Shown here: one piece after another, positions 29,348 to 30,984 of the stretch
Position numbering within the stretch: position 1 is the stretch's first letter
Layout of the letters: every line of letters begins with the position of its first letter
NCBI GenBank assembly: GCA_046759445.1
Contig: JBHICG010000039.1
Span: 1 to 30,984, forward strand
DNA: 30,984 nt
Origin: Candidatus Scalinduaceae bacterium
GTDB taxonomy: Bacteria > Planctomycetota > Brocadiia > Brocadiales > Scalinduaceae
Direction of reading: 5' to 3'
Position numbers and translations under genes: made by a program
Notes under the pieces: generated by a model
The model's database searches: none
Told to the model about the DNA's origin: nothing
What the model saw: only the letters and a program-made list of their open reading frames with translations

Positions 29348-29652
29348 TTTATAAATGCAACATGAACATTAGTGAAGGGGCTTGTCCTAATCGTTCATTC
29401 AGTTCGATTGGCTATAGAAATTTATTGATAAATATAGGTTATGATTCTTTAGACAAATTATTTTTTAGTTTTGCAATTTTATTATGCAAGGAATGTTATC
29501 AGAAATATGTAATTATGTCAAAATTAAACGTATTCGGGTTACTTGGATATCCGTAAGTAGTATCTGTTACGGAAAAATGATATCTTAGCCAGTAATAGCA
29601 GCCAAGTTCTAACTTGACCAATCTCCCATCAGTCTGTATTATACAATGTTCT

Positions 29653-30147
29653 ATGAATATGAAGTGGTATGCAGTGCATACGCGTTCCAGACATGAGAAG
29701 CAGGTAGACTTGCTTTTAAGTAAAAAAAGTATTGAAACATTTCTTCCTCTTATACACACACTTAGCCGGTGGAAGGATAGGAAAAAGCACGTTGACCTAC
29801 CCCTTTTTCCTGGATATCTATTTGTGCATGTAGGGGAAGAGTACCTTCCTGATGTTAAATATACAAGAGGTGTGGCAAAGATACTTGGCACGGATATAGA
29901 CAAGCCAACACCAATACCGGACAAACAAATTCTTGACTTAAAGACTGTTCTAGAAAGGGATGTTAAGTTAGATCCGTATCCATATCTTAAGAAAGGTACA
30001 TTGGTAAGAGTAAAATCTGGACCACTTATGGGAGTGGAAGGGTTTCTTGTTGAAAGGAAAGGAGATTACAAGATTGTGATAAGGATTGATTTGCTTCAAA
30101 AAGGAGCTGCTGCTGAAGTATATATTGCCGATGTTGAACCAATCTAG
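29653..30147 (+). CDS. NusG-paralog transcription antiterminator (UpxY/RfaH-like)
   Basis: KWYAVHTRSRHEKQV, WKDRKKHVDLPLFPGYLFV (NGN domain); KOW motif VRVKSGPLMGVEG. Confidence 0.9.
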   Translation: MNMKWYAVHTRSRHEKQVDLLLSKKSIETFLPLIHTLSRWKDRKKHVDLPLFPGYLFVHVGEEYLPDVKYTRGVAKILGTDIDKPTPIPDKQILDLKTVLERDVKLDPYPYLKKGTLVRVKSGPLMGVEGFLVERKGDYKIVIRIDLLQKGAAAEVYIADVEPI

Positions 30148-30595
30148 CGCAATCGGCCAGAATCCACAACGCAGCAGAGCACCGCAACTAAAATAAAGTA
30201 TTAAAAAATCCGAATATAGAAATACGAAACAAATTCGGTGTAATGCTCCACCTAATAGACATCGTCAGACAGGATAGATTCCTTAGAAGGAATTGTAACT
30301 GACGTATACCCATATCATCATTGTTCTATCTTGCGAAATGGCAGATAATCTTTGTTTGTCCATGGCCCAAATGGTCTGCAAACGAGTCGCCATTTCTGTT
30401 AGATCAAAAGGAAAGGCAAGATGATGACGGTTGTAATCCCAACAGAGCTTGAGATAAGTATTTTGCTCCCTGCACTCAAAACTAACTACGACAGTACAAA
30501 ACACTTAAAAACATACCAAAAAACTACTAACCCTCTTTAGGCAGACTACGGCTCTGAGGGTTAGAATCCCCTCGCTCCCCTTTTTTATTTCTACG

Positions 30596-30984
30596 CTAAC
30601 GAATAAACTGGCCATCAAAATGGTTACAGATTATTGAAAGCTTTTTCACGTCCAGTAGGAGTTGGGCATTGATGCGTCTGGACTCCTCAGAGTTCACACT
30701 TCTTACCTGCAACTCCAAGAAGTCCCTAATTTGTTCCCATATTCTCTTTGAAGGGTCAACGCCTCCTATGTGTTGATATATAGCTTCCATCAGGCTTATG
30801 GCTTTCCTTACCAATTCTATGCTCTCTCCAAAACTAATCCTTCCTTGCAGGTATCCCATTAAGAGTTTGCACTGGTAGTCGCTACAATTTCTAGGTCGGC
30901 GAGCATAAACGGAACACTTACTATCCTTAAAACATGGACATGGCAAATCGAAAGCATCGTAATCAACTTTCTTCTGGTAAGGGG
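30596..30984 (-). CDS. YkgJ-family cysteine-cluster protein (5'-partial)
   Basis: FDLPCPCFKDSKCSVYARRPRNCSDYQCKLL; frame open to window edge. Confidence 0.75.
   Translation of the reverse strand, partial: PYQKKVDYDAFDLPCPCFKDSKCSVYARRPRNCSDYQCKLLMGYLQGRISFGESIELVRKAISLMEAIYQHIGGVDPSKRIWEQIRDFLELQVRSVNSEESRRINAQLLLDVKKLSIICNHFDGQFIR

Noticed and set aside
29362..29924. ORFs 29362-29556 (+) and 29499-29924 (-)
   Set aside because: Fall in the divergent promoter region or antisense to the antiterminator; no motifs.
30283..30504. 73-aa minus ORF with a WD40-like snippet (LSAISQDRTMMIW)
   Set aside because: Single weak resemblance, no clear RBS; insufficient evidence.

Overview
AT-rich bacterial chromosomal window. 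Gene content and repeat style suggest an anammox planctomycete (Ca. Scalindua/Brocadiales-like); this is an inference only. 1-9.5 kb is an eroded accessory/EPS-type region: a sulfotransferase, a secreted beta-helix protein, a YesU-like protein, an outer-membrane beta-barrel and a HAD-like protein. It also holds two coiled-coil/TM (DUF1640-like) pseudogenes each broken by a tiny insertion element, htrA and IS1595 remnants, and an inverted pair of homologous sigma54-like divergent promoter modules. 9.7-28.2 kb is mostly intact genes: Zn-dehydrogenase, orphan parA plus a membrane-anchored partner, class II cytochrome c, RND adaptor and permease (apparent CTG start), Trx-NHL, cysteine synthase, TPR, flavin reductase, nitroreductase, YyaL and ribD. 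The window ends with tRNA-Lys(CTT), tRNA-Arg(TCG), a UpxY-type antiterminator and a partial YkgJ-type gene. Intergenic DNA is rich in REP/MITE-like, often nested palindromes. Best leads for something new: (i) orphan ParA with a bitopic membrane partner carrying a ParB-like N-terminal peptide; (ii) a 40-bp TAGA-flanked insertion element, present twice, whose removal restores a reading frame; (iii) the duplicated promoter module with non-canonical -12 boxes. All alignments were done by eye.
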